Positions 25,129 through 38,764 of a stretch of DNA of 64,000 nt are shown here, one piece after another. Under the pieces are notes generated by a model. It ran no database searches. It worked only from the letters and a program-made list of their open reading frames with translations, and was not told where the DNA came from. Position numbers and translations under genes: made by a program. The DNA comes from Octopus vulgaris (Eukaryota). Every line of letters starts with the position of its first letter. Position 1 is the first letter of the stretch. The stretch covers positions 9,796,001 through 9,860,000 of the forward strand of contig OX597818.1 in the NCBI GenBank assembly GCA_951406725.2, read 5' to 3'.

Positions 25129-25182
<54 letters not shown>

Positions 25183-25334
25183 TTCTAAATCTCTCAAAGA
25201 GAGATATTCAGTAATAGTTCTTTAATGTAAAGACTATTTGTCAACATAATGTGGCTCTCCTGTTGTTGAACCCAGGAAATTTCGTTTCCAGCTGTCTATA
25301 CGACGTGATATCTGTGTCCTTATATGAATTCTAC

Positions 25335-25765
25335 TTTTTCGCGACCCAACATTGAGTACTGATGCCAAGTGTGGTCTCCCCGTACGAAGCAAAGCATTAT
25401 GAAAGTGGAAGCGCTGAAAGGGTTAATAACAAGAAAGATAGACGGAATGACAGGCATTAACTACTGGGGTCGACAAAAAAACTCTATCTCTACTCTTTCC
25501 AATGCTGCTGTGAGCACTACATCATTTGTGCGATGTGGAAAATATTCCATCAATGTTGTACAAATGATGTTGGCATCAATTTTAAAATCCACCCAAGATT
25601 TGGTCCCCGTGCTATCCGCCCGCTTTAATGATCGATCTCAAGACACACAGCAACATGACGACACAACTCTTTTACCTCAGCCGGTTCAGCTCTCAAATAT
25701 ATTATACCAAAATATATCAAAACAGAAACAGATTCCATAAAATTCAAGACTTGTCTGGAAAAATT
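25335..25765 (+). mobile_element. CR1-clade LINE ORF2 C-terminal fragment (old)
   Basis: RPNIEY*CQVWSPRTKQSIMKVEA..ITRKIDGMTGINYW..HPRFGPRAIRP; homologous to 57255-57757. Confidence 0.85.
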
Positions 25766-26598
25766 TCTGTGTTGATTTCTTTCCTTAAGAATAAGTTCCA
25801 GGCTTATGAAATAATTCGTAAGATCGAGTAAAATATGAACCAATCGAACCAATTTCAATCCTGCTTTGGGATTTTGTCTGTGCCTGCCTCCTCACTTTTA
25901 TTGTATACAAACACGTTTGTTATAGGAGTACTATTGCTGAAGAACTACATGAATCAGACAGACAAATTGTCATATACTGCACATTCATTATAGCACTCAA
26001 TGAATATATTGTTCTTCGGTAGCGTGTTGTTTTAGTATTATCTTCCGCTGGAAAACATATCTATGGGATGTTTACTCGAGCCCGTTAAAGTACCAGCAAT
26101 TTAAGTAAAACACTAGCTTTGGAGAATGCTCCATATATATTAATAGTTCTATCCTATTTGTTTTAAACCCTTAACGGTAGTAAGTTGATACGTAGTTTCA
26201 TATTGGATAGTTACTAGGAGACGCGTTCCCCGATGAAATCCTTGCAACGGATGCTCCCTCTTTTCCTACTCACGAATGTATTCTATATAAATGCACGTTG
26301 ATCACGTCCATCTATACATAAGTCAAAACTTACTGTCTAAAAATCTATAAGGATTTTCTGTATCATTTAATGCACCATTAATATATATGTGTGTGTGTGT
26401 CCGTGTATGAGTGTGTAGGTGTATGTGTACACACGCAAATAAACACATATATGTGTATATATGTCAGTACATACACTGATACACGCGTATACATATAAAA
26501 TTTATGTATACAAAATATATGTATGTGTGTGTATGTGTATGTATATATATATATATGCATATATATATATGTTTATATATATATCTATATATATGTAC

Positions 26599-26678
<80 letters not shown>

Positions 26679-29600
26679 ACACATTCATTCACTCACACAC
26701 ACAACTTATTCTGAGGTTGCTTAATTTAGATATCGAGACCGGTCTTTATGAATTGCTATAAATTGTGAAAAAGAAGTGACCATCTAAGCTTGAATGAACA
26801 CAATTGACGAGACAGTCCATTAATCAAACGGCAGGTAACTGTGTGTCTATAACCGTATATATGTTTTGATATAATTGTCTGTGTGTATATGTCTGTGTTT
26901 TTATGAATAGCTGAGATAGAGAAGAGGAAACAGATTGAAGAACTAGCTATTACGTTAATATTGATTAAAAATAATAAGTTTTGATAATTACGTTCATATA
27001 ACTGTCAACAGGAAGACTGAATATGAAAAGTTGTGTAGCACTTTGACAGATTGCCATCAGCATCATCAACATCGTCCTTGCTACTGTCGCATTATTTAAA
27101 CGTTGTCGTCAGCAGTAAGTCATCAATCATCATCAATATCATTGTTTTATTATTCATTGTTTCTTTTTAATATGGATTTGATAAACACGCAATATTTTCC
27201 TATCTACCGAATTCAGAGGCGTAGTAGTCTTAAGAACAGTACTCCGAGATATGTTCGATCTCATTCTGTAACTTAGATGTACAGGGGTGTATATAGCAAG
27301 GTGCAGACTTGGTTGTATTTTAATGAAAATGGTGACTTTAATGAAAGCTGTGATATTACGGTCTTCCCTTATTCAGTCATAGTCCATCTACGTTTATATT
27401 ATCAAAAGTTATCATAACTTCCCATTTTGTTGACACACACTGGGAATAGATGGGATTGGTATTTTGAAAGGGAAACAACCCCTCTATAATCACTTAGTCA
27501 TTGGCTTATATTTGCTTCTGGTGTTACTGCTGTTGTGGTAGTTCTCGATGAGCGACTGGTGAAGATACTTTTTAACCCCATATCAGTACATAACGGGATG
27601 TTTTCTAGTCACAAACATCAGGGTTATTGTAAGACTACCTCAGTCAACGTTCTTTTCTTTTATAAATGTATAGGGTGATTTCTAATACGTCAAGATGTTA
27701 TTGGTTAACTCGTCTACTGTGAGTAAATTTCTTCGGCCAGCGCTCTTTAATGTATTTACGAAAGAAAAGCAGATAACATGAGATTAAGAGTTTTAAAATA
27801 TTACTCGGTTTATAACAACTTGGTCCTTGGGTGCCTTTAAACATTGTCTTCATTGTTGCAAATATTCGGAAAAGGTCTCTGGTCTGATGGTAACCTATGA
27901 ATCACAGTTTCTTACCTCCCCTCACGACATCACCGGTCTTGGTGACCTAGTGAAAAAAGCGATAAGAAGATAACGATTTCATTTGTATGCCGTTTTGGTT
28001 TAATTTGGTCTGTTCAGTCATGTTTACTTTTTGTGCTATTTCACACAAGGTCTTCTATGAAAGACTTCAGTCTGTTTATTCTTGCAGTGAATTCTGATGA
28101 TATTTTGTACATTCAAAACATGATTGATGGCAGCAATTTTTTTTTTATGAAAAACTATTTCCTTCTTTACAAATTCTTACATTATGACGAATAGCCTTAA
28201 TGACAAAATCCTCGATTTTGTGTGCATATCTGAAGACCCACTAAACTGAATATATGCCCCTCTTCTCCCAATATATTTTAAATAAAGCATAGCTCTTGGT
28301 ATATAGTTTTTACAGATATTTAGATTGTTTTTGTAAAGTGATAAAGAAAAGTAGAAGATACATGGAGAATTGGTCGTAGAAAATAGGGATTTGAGAGAAA
28401 AAGTAAATCTATTTCACTTTCACTTAAAGGATATTTGAAAAAGATGGAGTAGAAAAACAGTTTAATGCTGGTTAATGAGAATACAGGGATCAAGAGTTGA
28501 TAGAGTGGGGCTGAATGGGAAACAAAATAAATTTAGTGTAAAAGAAATGGATGATAAACATATGAAGAAGAGTAACGTAAAAAAAAATGGGTATGAGAGA
28601 AACTGTAATTCCCTCAATCCACCCGTTTATTGCTGTTGTCTTCGATAGAAACCTTAATCCTTATTGTCTGTAACGGTAAAAGATAAAGTCTGATTCCTCT
28701 TGCTAATGTTTTTGCGACAGGAGAGAGCAGGGAGGAATGAAAATAGTGAAGAGACTTTAATCAATATTGTGAATTAGAATAGTCGACAGATAATCTTTTA
28801 TGCAGAAGAACTTGAGAAGGACTCGTTAAGTCTTAAATGATAATGAAGAAATAAGCTCTCTAATGAAATGTACTGCAGTTCAGTTACTGAGACTGTCTGT
28901 GACTAATACAGTACAATACCAGATTATTATATATATTTTGTTTTCACCGGAGGAGGAATGTTTTAACTGCATCAGTGATTATTTGTGACGTACAGTAATC
29001 AGTTACATTCTGTTATTATTTCTGTTATTTATTTCTTTTTATTTTATATTTCATGTTTAGTTCGAGTATTTCACCTATCCATTGAACAACTGGAGGAAGA
29101 ATTTCAAGTTTTTTTTTAAGTGGCTTATACATTTAATCTTCTACAGCTGGAAATGTAAGTACCAGTAATATACTGTTTTAAGATATTCAGTTTATCTGTA
29201 TGAAGCGTGTTAGCCACAAATACTAAATGTAGAACTAATGAAGCATCAATGCTTCTAACTTCAGATCTTGTAAGAGAACATGTGTGAGAATAATAAACCT
29301 ACTTAACAGTTGTTTACGTTGTTAGATTCGCTTAAACATACACAAACCCAATTCACCAGAAATACTATACTTCAATCTATTTTAGAATCCTAATGAGTAC
29401 TCACTCTATCACGCTATGCTTCATTATATTAGCAATGAGTGTTGTGGTTTTAGGTTTTTGCTTAGTGTATTATTAGTGTTGTTATTGTTGATGTTTATCT
29501 TCATTTCCAATTCATTCAGCATATTTAAACCGAATTTAAACCGAATGATAAAAATTCTATTTTTCTTTTCCATTTATTTTTTGCAAGTAATGTGAACGCA

Positions 29601-30189
29601 GGTCAACATTATTCAATGTATCTTGCATATGAGGGTAAGTGTATTTTGAGAGTGATTTGGTTGCAATTTCTAGCAAGTGTAGTGACTATCTAGAATCAAC
29701 CTCAGTGTTTTGTAATATATTCTTTTATCTGTTAGTTCTATCGAGAAACGTAGCTGTGTGAGAGTTCGGTGGTTTCAGTGCCTCGAGATGTATTCACTAA
29801 AGAATTATAAATACATGCACTCTTTCGCTTAACTAATTATCTTGAGAGAACGTTGTATAATAATGTGTATCTCGTCGTGAATATTCTATAAATTCAATTA
29901 CCAGTTGATATAGCCTACCTATTTACTACTTCAAATTACGATTAGATATTATCATATTTTTATGATAGTCCTATGAATGAGTTTCTATGTGGTCTTTCGG
30001 CCTACTAGAACTAGCAATCAAATCTCCTTTAAAACATGCTCTGCTTTCCTAAAACGGAATAAAACATTGAACAAGATATTCCTACATACATTATGCCTAA
30101 AAAAAAAGAGGATTGAAATACTGATCTCTTTTAGCACCGATCGGAGGCAAAACAACAATAACTAGATTTCAATATTTTTAGCGTCAAAA

Positions 30190-30345
30190 AAATATCCCGT
30201 GGTACTTAGTAGCTGATATTTACATTCTGAGTTCAAATTCACACGTGGTCAACTTTATCTTTTATATCTTGGTGAATGCATCGATAACATAAAGTATCGG
30301 TGAAATATTCAAGTGGATTTGATCGACTATTCCTCTCTTAAATGT
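30190..30345 (+). mobile_element. SINE family B, degenerate
   Basis: tacattctgagttcaaattc...gtcaacttt...tcgataacataaagtatc. Confidence 0.65.
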
Positions 30346-30414
30346 GGAAACTCTGTCAGTTAGCAATATTTTATTTTCTAAATAGTTATTCTTAGCTTGT
30401 CCATTTATTGATTT

Positions 30415-30560
30415 CTAGCTTTGGCAAGAAGTCACGGATATTGCGGGAATGTGTAGTCAATATAATTGAGCCTTGCTCTGACCTGGAAGAATGAAAGTCA
30501 AAGATGACCTCTCGGGAATTTGAATTCGGAATGTAAAAAGTAGATAGCTAAATACCATAA
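30415..30560 (-). mobile_element. SINE family B, degenerate
   Basis: gaatgaaagtcaaagatgacctctcgggaatttgaattcggaatgtaaa. Confidence 0.6.
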
Positions 30561-32204
30561 GTCATAATTTTTGATACTTCACTCAATGTGACACCAGGTT
30601 TTCCATCTATTCTCATTACTCTGAGAATAGAGATGTCGACAAATCAACAAGGGATAAAGTCGGTAGTCATATAAGAACCAGCAGCATACTCTACTAGAAA
30701 CAGCGACTAAGTATTCTACAAAACGTACTCTATTTGACGATGTAGTGCAAATGTATACTTACATGAATGATAATAATTGCAAAGGGTCAAACTGTAGAGT
30801 TTTTGCTCAGTATGGGCTGAACTAGGACTAAACAACAACAATAACGACAACAATTACATCAGCAACGATAACACTAACATCAAAATTTTTTTTTATTTTT
30901 AATTTTTTTTCTCAGCTCCACCGAACCAAAATGGATCATGTCCCACAGTTATTACAGTTTCGAATTACAGAGCATGTTCCTGCTTCTTTTTTGTCTGACC
31001 GAGTAATTATGATATAAGATCTCAAGCAAATTGAAGTCTGAGACCAAAGCTTTATGCCAAAAATGTTGATACCATAACTTAGTTTGGAAACAAGATGCTA
31101 AAAGAAAGAGAACTGTCCGAATGTAGTAGTTCTTGAAAAGGGAATTAATGAATGTACGGAAGCTAAGACGTTAACAATTCAGTGGTTTATTATAAGTGGT
31201 GTTGCATTGCCATCTGTATGAGTTGCCTTTACAGTGCAGATTGTTTGTCTGCGCATGTACTCAGTAGTTTTGGTCATAACAAGGGTGCCTACTGGTACCA
31301 AGTTGGAATATGCTAATTGCTTTTTTATCCATTTGCTACTGGTGATGTGCATTTCTGCACACGCTTCAAAAACGAAATAATTTATAGATGCAGGAACTAC
31401 ATTCGCGTGTGTCAAAGTTTGTGCTGGTCTGCCCTGGATCAGAGAAATATTTTACTTCTGTTTTCGTTGTTAAAGCATTCAGGGGTCTTGTACATACTTG
31501 TGGAACGATTTACATTTGAAATGGTAAGAAGTGTGACAGTTGAGGTTAAGGCTTGCTACTGCATCAAAGATTTAATCTTTACATTTCCAGATGGTTTTTC
31601 AGTTTGATTAAATTTTTTCTAGCCGGGTGGCGTGTAAATGTTTTGTCGTTTCTTTTTGCCTACAAAACCTGTAATGTCTCGTAGATTACTGTTTTTGTGT
31701 TCTCAGTAATATTATGTGAAGATAACATGGTTAATGATAGATTTAACATTGTTTATAAACTAAAATTGTTCCTGCTTTTTTTCTTACCAAACTTTATTCC
31801 TCTGAGAAGATTTAGTGTGCTTATAATATTGATTTGCAATATTTACCTCGTCTTGTATTTACTGAGAATATTATAGAGTTATTATGAATAATTTCTAATA
31901 TATTTGTATTCAGTGTGTGGGGGTATTTTTATTGATGTTAAATGTGATGGTCTGACGTATTTCATGCTTTTGCTCTCGGTAAAATGGAAAATGGCTGTTG
32001 CTACTGCTACTATTTACTTCCAGATTACCACGTAGATCGAAAAAACTATAACCAAAGGCATTCAATATGTATGACTATTTTGTTTTTCAAGTTATTATAG
32101 TGTGATTTTTGTGAGATTTCGCTACAAATTTAACTAGTTGAGTGATCCCACAAACTTATTGTTATACGGTGTATTCAGTTATTTCTTATATAAACATACG
32201 GCTT

Positions 32205-32345
32205 GCAATTTTGAGGGAATGGGATTAGTGGATACTATCTAGCCCAGTACATATATGGTACTATTTTTATTGACCCCAGATCGAGGAAAGGTAAAGCTGA
32301 CTACAGCAGAAACTAAACTCAGAACGTAAAGTGTCGGAAGAAACA
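32205..32345 (-). mobile_element. SINE family B, degenerate
   Basis: ggtactattttt..gaaaggtaaagctgac..actcagaacgtaaag. Confidence 0.65.
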
Positions 32346-32656
32346 ACAACTTATCAACGGTTTTTGACGATTCTCCCCATCAACTTCTGCTTCACTAATT
32401 TGCTATTCCAATCTTTTTAAGCTTGATGCATTGAGAAAGAGGCTTTAAGGTTCCAGTAACTGGATTGCTGCCTATGAAGTCTGCCTAGGTCGACCGCACA
32501 GATCACACGTTTTTGGTCTTTATAGCCAGCCGACCACTTTCAATTGTAAATAATCTATGCTTTCGCGCTTTGGGGACCTCCATAATTCTCTATCTACAAG
32601 CAATCAGGATGGGGATAGTCGTGATTCTGTCACTTCTAAATTTATCCTGCTCGTCA

Positions 32657-32779
32657 TTGCTGCTGTTGCTGTTGTTGCTTCAGTTGCTGTTGTTGTTGTT
32701 GTTGTTGTTGTTGCTGCTGCTGCTGCTGTTGTTGTTGTTGTTGTTGCTGCTGCTGTTGTTGTTGTTGTTTTTGTTGTTT

Positions 32780-32811
<32 letters not shown>

Positions 32812-32812
32812 A
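32657..32812. repeat. (GTT/GCT)n microsatellite
   Basis: Read directly from the sequence. Confidence 0.95.
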
Positions 32813-33104
32813 TTTGTGCTTTGTTTTTCGACCATATCAATTAGTGGTAAGAAAATTAAGAAAATTCCGTCCTCGGATATCCTCCTGCTCCTGAAGGACA
32901 GAATAGACTAAGCGGAGAAAGAGAATGCACGAGGATGGAAAGGGTAGCTGAAGAGGTACCAGATGCGTGACTAAAGATTTATCGACAGTATATAGTGCGT
33001 GTTTACTTGGCAAAAAGAAAAAAATGACCGTCCCGGAATATAATATTTGTTTCAATACACAGTTTCATATTAGGATCTTGCAACACAAATTCATAAAGAA
33101 AATA

Positions 33105-33146
<42 letters not shown>

Positions 33147-33232
33147 GCGACGACGATGATTACAATGATGAGAAGAAGAAGAAGAAGAAGAAGAAGAAGA
33201 AGAAGAAGAAGAAGAAGAAGAAGAAGAATTTA

Positions 33233-33436
33233 TTTCTGATATAGGCACAAGACCTGAAATATAGTGGGAGGGACTAGTCGATTAGATCGACCCAGTACTT
33301 GTCTGGTACTTATTTTATCGATCCCGAAAGAATGAATGACAAAGCCTACCTCCGTGGAATTTCAGCTCAGAACATAGAGACAGACGAAATGCAGTTAAGC
33401 GTTTTAGCCGGGGTGCTAACGTACGGCCATCTTGCA
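33233..33436 (-). mobile_element. SINE family B
   Basis: ataggcacaagacctgaaat...gtacttattttatcgatcccgaaagaatgaa...ctcagaac...gctaacg. Confidence 0.85.
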
Positions 33437-33448
33437 ATAATAATAATG

Positions 33449-33502
<54 letters not shown>

Positions 33503-34929
33503 CAGAAAGGGCAAACATGAATATTTATAAACATTATAAAATATCATAATGGTTTCAATTCTGTTGAATAGCTGAACATGTTCATTCTGTGATTTGTCTG
33601 CAGAATGGAAGACTGATTAAAATATACCAAAACAAGAAAAGAAAGAAATTCTCGTCATACAATCGAAACAATAAAAGTAAAAACTTGTCTGTGCAAAAAT
33701 AAAAATGTATATAGATATTTAAAAAATACTGTATAAAATTGCATGAATCTACAGAAAGAAATTAGGGGGATCAGTTGGTGATTTGAACAAATCTGTAAGG
33801 ATTAGTTCAAATTGAAATCTTATCTGCAACTCATAGCCCAAAACCGTTTTCCCTTTCACAAAGGACACCTAATTATAACTGTACTGTAATTTCCATATTA
33901 AGCCTCCTCTGATTTTATGGCTTACCATAAAAATTAATTTCAATCAATCTCTTCCTTCTTTCTACATACACTTCCAATCAGTTCTATTGTTATCCTGGCC
34001 CTGTCCGACCAGTGCTACAACCACCGCCGCCGCCGCCACCACCATCACTACTACTACTACTACTACTACTACTCGCTGCTGATGCTGCTATTATTACAGC
34101 CGTACTGCCCTCTTCTGACAAATGGAACCTAAGAGAATAGCAATAAAAAAGATAACTGGCTGTTCATTTTTGTTGTTGTTGCTGCTGTTTTTTCATTTGT
34201 TCGCTTCCATCTTTATTCCCTCTCCTTCTTGCTACTTCTAGACTCCTACCAACTGTTCCTCATCAAAGTTCAAAGATTGCTTTTAATGTAACCTTTACTT
34301 GAAGTGTGTTGCTTAGGGGAAATCTTAACATCTATATGCAAATAAATGTGTTCATTAATTGCTTTCGGTTATTGTAGTTGTCCTTGTTGTTATTAAAACT
34401 CTTTTATCATTACTATTTCAACTCCACTGTGCTTTTTTACAACATTTTTGTTTTGTTTTATGGCATATATTTTTATATCCCGAACGTGTATTCACATGAT
34501 TGAAGTTATACATTGAATTTCTCATGATAAAAATGTTTTGTCTGCAGTTAAAAGAACTGGATTTTGTACCATATGAGATGTTGCTTTGCAAATTAAGCTA
34601 AATTCTAGAGAGAAAAACTCAACTGCTTACTGTCCGCAGTTTCTTTTCTTTTTTCCTATTTAGTTTATCTTTTTTCACTTTTCTGAAGTAGCAGCTGATT
34701 CCTAACGTTACTCCCTTTCAATTATACAAAAATGTTATGCGATGATTATTTGGACAACCTCATATCCCCAAGAATGCAAAACGCAAATATTGTATTTAAC
34801 ATTGTATTCTTTCCAGATTGCTTCAATACAGTTGATAGTTCTATCAATATAATATAAAATAATTACCCTACATCAGCCCTATTCGAGACCTACGTTTAAA
34901 GAGATTCTCTCATTTTTTAGACAAAGTTA

Positions 34930-35345
34930 TGAGCATGGTTATATGATTAAGAATTTCCTTTCATAAGAAATTGGATCCAGGTTCAACGCTACTCAGTGGA
35001 CCGTGGAGCAAGTGTCGTCTACAATAGCCAAGGGTTAGCTAATGTTTTATGAGTGAAATTTGAGTGATGCAAACTGTATATGCAAACTGTTGTATGTGTG
35101 TATGCTTATCAATGCACCCACACGCACACACACACACACACACATACACACACATACACACACACATATATCTGCTTATATCATTGCCATTTTTCATGTT
35201 GTATCTTTTAATTTCGTGTAACTTAAATTTTCGAGTTGATAAAATTAGTTGTATACAAAAATCATAAATGGCTCATAAAATCCTTGAAGGCTATGGCCTT
35301 GCATGGCCGCAGTCCAAAGTCTGAGACCAGTAAAAGGGTTGAAGA
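34930..35345 (+). mobile_element. SINE family A, highly degenerate
   Basis: ggttcaacgctact..gcaagtgtcgtctacaatagcc..(CA)n..gcatggccgcagtc. Confidence 0.55.
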
Positions 35346-35667
35346 ATAGGATATATAGGACGACACAATCCAATTCACAATTCCATTTTTAGTCGGTTGC
35401 AAATTAAGGAAGTCTTACTTGCTATTTCTATATCAGGTCATATTAACATGTAGACCTTGTTGGATCATATAACGACGAATAGGAAGAATCGGTAGAGTTG
35501 GATTGAATACCTTCTATAATATTGGAGTTTCTATTTACATTGTGAGTTCGAATCCCACCGGAGTTTATCCATCTTTCATCCTCCTTAGGGTCACTAAAAA
35601 ATATCTGTCAAGTTTTAGGGTTAATCTAATCCTCTGTACCTCTCCTGCAACTCACCATCCATATTAA

Positions 35668-36884
35668 CCCTAAAAATATGAAAAAATGGGTTACATAAGC
35701 ACATTAAGGTGACCATACTAGCCCAATCAGATTTTCATTGAAAAATATATACAAAACATTAAAAAATTCATTTACACAGTTCAATCACAAAACTACTTCT
35801 TCACTGTAGCTTTCACATGCAAACATTTTTGACCGCTAAATTCTACCCTTTTTTCTTCTGCTTACCCCAAGGAAAAATCCTGCAAAATCTTCATGAGTCA
35901 CCTATTTTCTCTCTTTTGGATACTGAAAATATTTCTTCAGGCTCTTCATCACCAACGAGTTCTTCAGCCAGCATTTTAAAAAATTCGCGACTTGATAGGA
36001 GTTTGTTCTTCTGTTTGAATTGTAGGTGTTTTTTTCATTATATATGCTGCTGTATTAATCAAATTGAAAAACACTACCATTGGCCATCTTCGTGTGACAC
36101 ACTGCACCAAATAGTATCTAATCAGCTGACCAAATGAGTCAACTCCTTTTGTCAACCCCTTTTTGTATAATTATTTCATCCCAGGTGGGTTGGATCATGT
36201 TCAACGCTTCAAGAAAATTCCTATTTTTCAATGCCAGAATCACAAAATAATATTAAAAACATTCCGTATAGGTGCAGGCATGACTGTGCGGTAAGAAGCT
36301 TGCTTCCCAACCACATGTTTCCAAGTTCAGTCCCACTACGTGGCACTTTGGGAAAGTGTCTTCAACTATAGCCTCGGCCGATCAAAGCCTTGTGAGTGAA
36401 TTTGGTAGACGGAAACTGAAAGAAGCCCATCATATATATATATGTGTGTGTGTTTGTTTGTTCCCCAACACCATCGCTTCACAACCGATGTTGGTGTGTT
36501 TACGTCCTAGGCTTAAAAAGAATAAGTTCTGGGGTTGATTTATTCGATTAAAAGCGGTGCTCCAGCATGGCCTCAAAATTGACTTTTCATTCTTCTAAGG
36601 TTGATAAGAATATTGAACCCATCTAGAAGACTGGGGTAGAAATCACCAAACACGAAGGAAAACTCGAGAAATATTTGTAGATGCGAACTTATTATTTTTA
36701 CAAAATAAGACATACGAATGACAGGGACACAGGAAAAAAATTTTTACCAGTAAACCTTGGATTAAGATCAGCATATAGTATTAATTTACAGCACCATTGA
36801 TTTAAATTAAATAATTTTTTTATATATCAAAATATGGCTCCGACACAAAAATGATAGTTGAGGTCACTTCCATGTTTTCAAGGG
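35668..36884 (-). mobile_element. Internally deleted piggyBac element with TTAA target duplication
   Basis: TTAA-CCCTAAAAATATG.. (35664) and ..CATGTTTTCAAGGG-TTAA (36888); minus strand encodes QLIRYYLVQCVTRRWPMVVFFNLINTAAY and EFLKMLAEELV (PGBD C-terminus). Confidence 0.85.
36268..36572 (+). mobile_element. SINE family A nested inside the piggyBac element
   Basis: ggtgcaggcatgactgtgcggtaagaagcttgcttcccaaccacatg...gcggtgctccagcatggcc. Confidence 0.9.
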
Positions 36885-37799
36885 TTAACATAGGCCTATC
36901 TAATGTAGATGTTGCTGGAAAAATACAATGCGGTATCGTTGTAATTCGTGATTTCAAATCACTCCAGTGTCAAAATTGCTTTTCATTCTTCTAAGGTTGA
37001 TAAAATATTGAACCCATCTAGAACTGGGGTAGAAATCACTATTATCGTACATATATTCTTTCATTATCCTTTCTTTTTATTTTGTGTGCTTTTACATTAG
37101 TATTTCAGTTCTAGCATGTGAGAAATGTTATTTTTTTTAAATTTGTATTTCATTGGATCAAGTTTTTGCTGCTGTTAGCATTATTGCATGTCAGCATAAT
37201 TATTAAACAGATATAGGATGAAATCAATTTCAGCTAAGTCCAATCTCGTCTATTGTTTCAGGCAACATGTGGATAATGTTATAGTATTCAATACAGTGAT
37301 AGATATCAAACTTTAAAGACAGTAGAATGTGACAGCAGAAAGAAAATTTGATTGGTTCGTGTTGAATTTACTGCAGGATTCTTTTATTATCACTTACCAA
37401 CTAGCTGGGAATTAAAAGTAGTATTAGTTCGACAAATTAGAGCAGACAGAGTAATGTGGTTTTCCTACAGAGCAGTTACCCTGAGGGCTAAAATACATTT
37501 ACTTTAAATTGCTAGATAATTATAAAATATACAATCGCATACTCTTCAATGATAAGGAATGATCACTATACTATTATTTATGTGGTTACGAAAGCAGAAA
37601 CTGTTCAACAGGAGAAAATGTTGGCAAACTTGATTGAATGAAATATTGCATTTTATTTGATATATGTTAGCATTGTATATATGCTAGCCAGCTCTAACCG
37701 AAAGTGCATTTCACTACTGGACCAACTTAGAGATGTCTAGGCAGGTGACCAATTGTTTTGCATGTTTCCATTCATATCTCTCTTACAATCAATTCCAAT

Positions 37800-38460
37800 A
37801 ACCCGAAATATATATACACAATGACGAAAACATAACATTTGCATTTATCATCTGAATAGTCTTTGACTAAAAATGCAACCCCAACCATGATTAATATCCA
37901 TAATGCTGCCTTCATGTTTTGCGCAGCCTGCAAAATTCCCCTCCTACAGGATATATACAGGGCCGTTTTGACTCTTGATGAAAGATCACATCTAATTTTT
38001 TGAAAACTCTCATTCCAAACTTTTTCAACCAAGATGGCTCCATGCAAAGTAAACCTCCTAAATTTACAACAATGCTGTTTCCTGACTCGATATTTCACAC
38101 AATCGATAAATCATAATGGAATTTGCCTTCAATTGATTGACCCTCAGGTAGCTTTCTGCGGCATAAGCGTCTGAAAAGATGCTGATGTTCTCTATATCGT
38201 AGCAGCGAGATTTAAGTGGCATGCGGTGACCGAAAGCCTCCCGCTGATGACTTCCAGTAGAAAGAAATAACATGTGAATTTCGGTGCCCATGACAGCCGA
38301 TTTTCCGTCTATCTCATGCAGTGTGAAAGACTCAGGATCGTATTTATTAGGCACATTTCAACATTTTGTTCATAATATTTGGTGTAACATTTCTTTCATT
38401 CCGTTCTATACGGATTCAAAACCAACCGACGGGAGATTATATTGTGGTTGTTTCAGATTT
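37800..38460 (-). mobile_element. Degenerate RTE-clade LINE fragments
   Basis: YDPESFTLHE resembles YGxEsWTL; DLSSRVKTALYISCRR resembles LSxRVKxxLYxxCVR. Confidence 0.5.
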
Positions 38461-38586
38461 ATGTGTGTAGTGTTATGAACCAAGTGCCTAAATCCGAGGA
38501 TATCTCGAGGATATGCTAATAACGTAGCATTTGGTGTTAAGTTGGATATGAAGATCACGTTTTGATCTCAATACTGCTTCCGTCGC

Positions 38587-38645
<59 letters not shown>

Positions 38646-38652
38646 TATGTAC

Positions 38653-38749
<97 letters not shown>

Positions 38750-38750
38750 C
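38587..38750. repeat. (AAT)n and (GATA)n microsatellites
   Basis: Read directly from the sequence. Confidence 0.95.
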
Positions 38751-38764
38751 ACACATACATACAT

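Larger units (their letters stand above)
27900..31620 (+). pseudogene. Multi-exon Methuselah-like/adhesion (7tm_2) GPCR pseudogene
   Basis: FCAISH motif (about 28030); TM1-like YIYFVFTGGGMF..LFVTY (about 28930-28995); exon 29061-29154 (tttag|..|gtaagt) with TTGGRI; exon from 30916 (tttctcag|) with CPTVITVSNY..ASFL..VIMI*DL (TM3), FGHNKGAYWY (ECL2), GLPWI (TM6) and FVVKAF-GL-YILV (TM7). Many stops and frameshifts. Confidence 0.55.

Noticed and set aside
34300-34720. Further GPCR-like TM5/TM6 relic (also 10480-10800)
   Set aside because: Only T-rich hydrophobic frames without diagnostic motifs; too likely pareidolia.
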